DNA of 64,000 nucleotides, taken from positions 64,871-128,870 of the forward strand of contig JAUCBJ010001142.1 of assembly GCA_032718475.1 (NCBI GenBank), read 5' to 3'. Source of the stretch: Nemertoderma westbladi. Lineage: Eukaryota > Animalia > Xenacoelomorpha. The notes under the pieces are model-generated. The model saw nothing but the letters and a program-made list of their open reading frames with translations, did no database searches and was not told the DNA's origin. Positions 61,155-64,000 of this stretch are shown here, one piece after another. Within the stretch, counting starts at the first letter, position 1; every line of letters starts with the position of its first letter. The translations under genes were made by a program, and so were the position numbers.

Positions 61155-61630
61155 GTAAAGTAAACACAGACCCCATCACATCACTGCACTATCTGCAACA
61201 AGACAACCAATCCTGTTCTCTTAACAAACACATCAGGTAAAGTAAACACAGACTATATCACTGCACTATATGCAACAAGACAACCAATCCTGTTCTCTTA
61301 ACAAACACATCAGGTAAAGTAAACGCAGACCCCATCACTGCACTATCTGCAACAAAAGGTTCATCCAATCCAGTTCTCTTAACAAACACATTCCAGGTAA
61401 AGTAAACACAGACTATATCACTGCACTATCTGCAACAAGACAACCAATCCTGTTCTCTTAACAAACACATCAGGTAAAGTAAACACAGACCCCATCACTG
61501 CACTATCAGTAACAAAAGGTTCAGCCAATCCAATTCTCTTAACGAACACATCAGGTAAAGTAAACACAGACTATATCACTGCACTGTCTGCAACAAGATA
61601 TCAAATCTTGTTCTTTTAACACATAAGCAA
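61081..61630 (+). repeat. Tandem copies (~77-83 bp) of the exon 3' end plus splice donor
   Basis: CAG|GTAAAGT with GT starting at 61155, 61237, 61314, 61397, 61474 and 61555, plus a decayed seventh unit. Confidence 0.93.
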
Positions 61631-61817
61631 GGCTAAGTAAACATCTACCCCCAACACCGCATTTAGGTTTTGTCATGTTCCTCTTATGTTTACAGTTCGT
61701 ATTTTGAGATGAGTTCCCCTGGAGAAAGTCGAATCCTCCCCCCCCCCCCCCCCCCCCCCCCAGACATTGTGGCTCAGTGACTCTAATACTGTAGGTAATC
61801 TTTGAACAAAACATTTC

Positions 61818-63416
61818 ATTTTACTCTTTCAGGGTGCACAGTGGGGAGAGACCATACAAATGTGTTTACTTTACTCTTTCAGGGTGCACAGTAGGGAGAG
61901 ACCATACAAATGTGTTTACTTTACTCTTTCAGGGTGCACAGTGGGGAGAGACCATACAAATGTGTTTACTTTACTCTTTCAGGGTGCACAATGGGGAGAT
62001 ATCATGCAAATGTGTTTACTTTACTCTTTCAGGGTGCACAGTGGAGAGAGACCATACAAATGTGTTTACTTTACTCTTTCAGGGTGCGCAGTGTGGAGAG
62101 ACCATACAAATATGTTTACTTTTTCTTTCAGGGTGCACAGTGGGGAGAGACCATACAAATGTGTTTACCTTACTCTTTCAAGATGCACAGTGGGGAGAGA
62201 CCATACAAATGTGTTTACTTTACTCTTTCAGGGTGCACAGTGGGGAGAGACCATACAAATGTGTTTACTTTACTCTTTCAGGGTGCACAATGGGGAGAGA
62301 TCATGCAAATGTGTTTACTTTACTCTTTCAGGGTGCACAGTGGGGAGAGACCATACAAATGTGTTTACTTTACTCTTTCAGGGTGCGCAGTGTGGAGAGA
62401 CCATACAAATGTGTTTACTTTTTCTTTCAGGGTGCACAGTGGGGAGAGACCATACAAATGTGTTTACTTTACTCTTTCAGGGTGCACAGTGGGGAGAGAC
62501 CATACAAATGTGTTTACTTTACTCTTTCAGGGTGCGCAGTGTGGAGAGACCATACAAATGTGTTTACTTTACTCTTTCAGGGTGCGCAGTGTGGAGAGAC
62601 CATACAAATGTGTTTACTTTTTCTTTCAGGGTGCACAGTGGGGAGAGACCATACAAATGTGTTTACTTTACTCTTTCAGGGTGCACAATGGGGAGAGACC
62701 ATACAAATGTGTTTACTTTACTCTTTCAAGATGCACAGTGGGGAGAGACCATACAAATGTGTTTACTTTACTCTTTCAGGGTGCGCAGTGTGGAGAGACC
62801 ATACAAATGTGTTTACTTTTTCTTTCAGGGTGCACAGTGGGGAGAGACCAAACAAATGTGTTTACTTTACTCTTTCAAGATGCACAGTGGGGAGAGACCA
62901 TACAAATGTGTTTACTTTACTCTTTAAGGGTGCACGGTGGGGAGAGACCATACAAATGTGTTTACTTTGCTCTTTACGGGTGCACAGTGTGGAGAGACCA
63001 TACAAATGTGTTTATTTTACTCTTTCAAGGTGCACAGTGTGGAGAGACCATACAAATGTGTTTACTTTACTCTTTACGGGTGCACAGTGTGGAGAGACCA
63101 TACAAATGTGTTTACTTTACTCTTTCAGGGTGCACAGTGGGGAGAGACCATACGAATGTGTTTACTTTACTCTTTACGGGTGCACAGTGGGGAGAGACCA
63201 TACAAATGTGTTTACTTTACTCTTTCAGGGTGCACAGTGGGGAGAGACCATACAAATGTGTTTACTTTACTCTTTCAAGATGCACAGTGGGGAGAGACAA
63301 TACAAATGTGTTTACTTTACTCTTTCAGGGTGCACAGTGGGGAGAGACCATACAAATGTGTTTACTTTACTCTTTCAGGGTGCACAGTGGGGAGAGACCA
63401 TACAAATGTGTTTACT
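61818..63416 (+). repeat. 32 tandem copies (49-50 bp) of the splice acceptor plus exon start
   Basis: Unit TTTACTTTACTCTTTCAG|GGTGCACAGTGGGGAGAGACCATACAAATGTG, with acceptor positions from 61832 to 63378. Confidence 0.96.
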
Positions 63417-63490
63417 GCAGTAAAGCGTTTACAGCCAGCAGTATCCTTCGTACTCATATCCGTCAACACAGTGGAGAGAAACCATTTAAG
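63379..63490 (+). CDS. PRDM14: PRDM14 C2H2 zinc-finger exon (internal)
   Basis: ctttcag|G GTG CAC...TTT AAG|gtagga; translates (R)VHSGERPYKCVYCSKAFTASSILRTHIRQHSGEKPFK and is in phase with the previous exon. Confidence 0.93.
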
Positions 63491-64000
63491 GTAGGAAACA
63501 TAAATGTACACTATCACCCCCCGTACGGTGAAATTTTTCGAATTTCACCAATTTGCTAAAATTTGCTCATCTGTATCGCAACCACCGATTCAGCCAGGGT
63601 ACGAAATGGTTCAATTTCCATAACTGCAGTAGTTTGTGAAATATTGGCGACTATCTGATGCCTCAATATCTCTTTGCCGGGAAAGGTGGAGGGATTTCTT
63701 AAATTTAGAATTTCCACTACTAATGTCTAATGAAAATCCAAAATTTACAATCTTTTTCTATTAAATTCTAAAATATTTGAATACCTCTAGGATAACCGCC
63801 GAACCAAATTTTTGCTCTTTCGATATTTTGGAAAAAATAAATATTTCGTAATTGAAAATTTACCTCGCATGCGTTCCTCGACGATATTTATCTATAGTAC
63901 CTACCCTACAGTATCTTATCTTCAAAACGCGCTGGATTACTGGGCGGGAGTTGAACCGGTATTACTTACCGGTACTTTAAAGGATCAATTTGGAATATAA

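Noticed and set aside
61834-63559. Standalone 350-550 aa zinc-finger proteins in the ORF track
   Set aside because: They are translations of the 50-bp acceptor repeat in three frames and contain linkers but no complete C2H2 fingers; only 63379-63490 is a supported exon.

Overview
AT-rich, repeat-rich eukaryotic DNA, almost certainly from an invertebrate animal; there are no prokaryotic features. Host-type genes: a two-exon basigin/neuroplastin-family gene (minus, 4771-6623), an intronless Ashwin/C2orf49 homologue (24581-25141), a 5'-truncated intronless PDCD5 fragment (49369-49551), an intronless Rubicon-family ORF lacking the RUN domain (57901-59754), and two zinc-finger exons of PRDM14 (61029-61154, 63379-63490). 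Mobile DNA: a young full-length BEL/Pao LTR retrotransposon with one internal stop (16114-22479), RTE-like and CRE-like LINE fragments, triple-nested TIR elements, a MULE-like element, a Helentron/DINE-like element with CTCF-like motifs, and several satellites. The two strongest leads are (1) a Pif1-family helicase fused to a C-terminal SLX1-like GIY-YIG nuclease (46965-49368), co-oriented with a spliced orphan Cys-cluster gene (37112-38501), possibly the remnant of an uncharacterised helicase-nuclease mobile element, and (2) a PRDM14 intron made largely of tandem copies of its own splice donor (x6) and acceptor (x32). All identifications come from motif recognition by eye; no searches were run.
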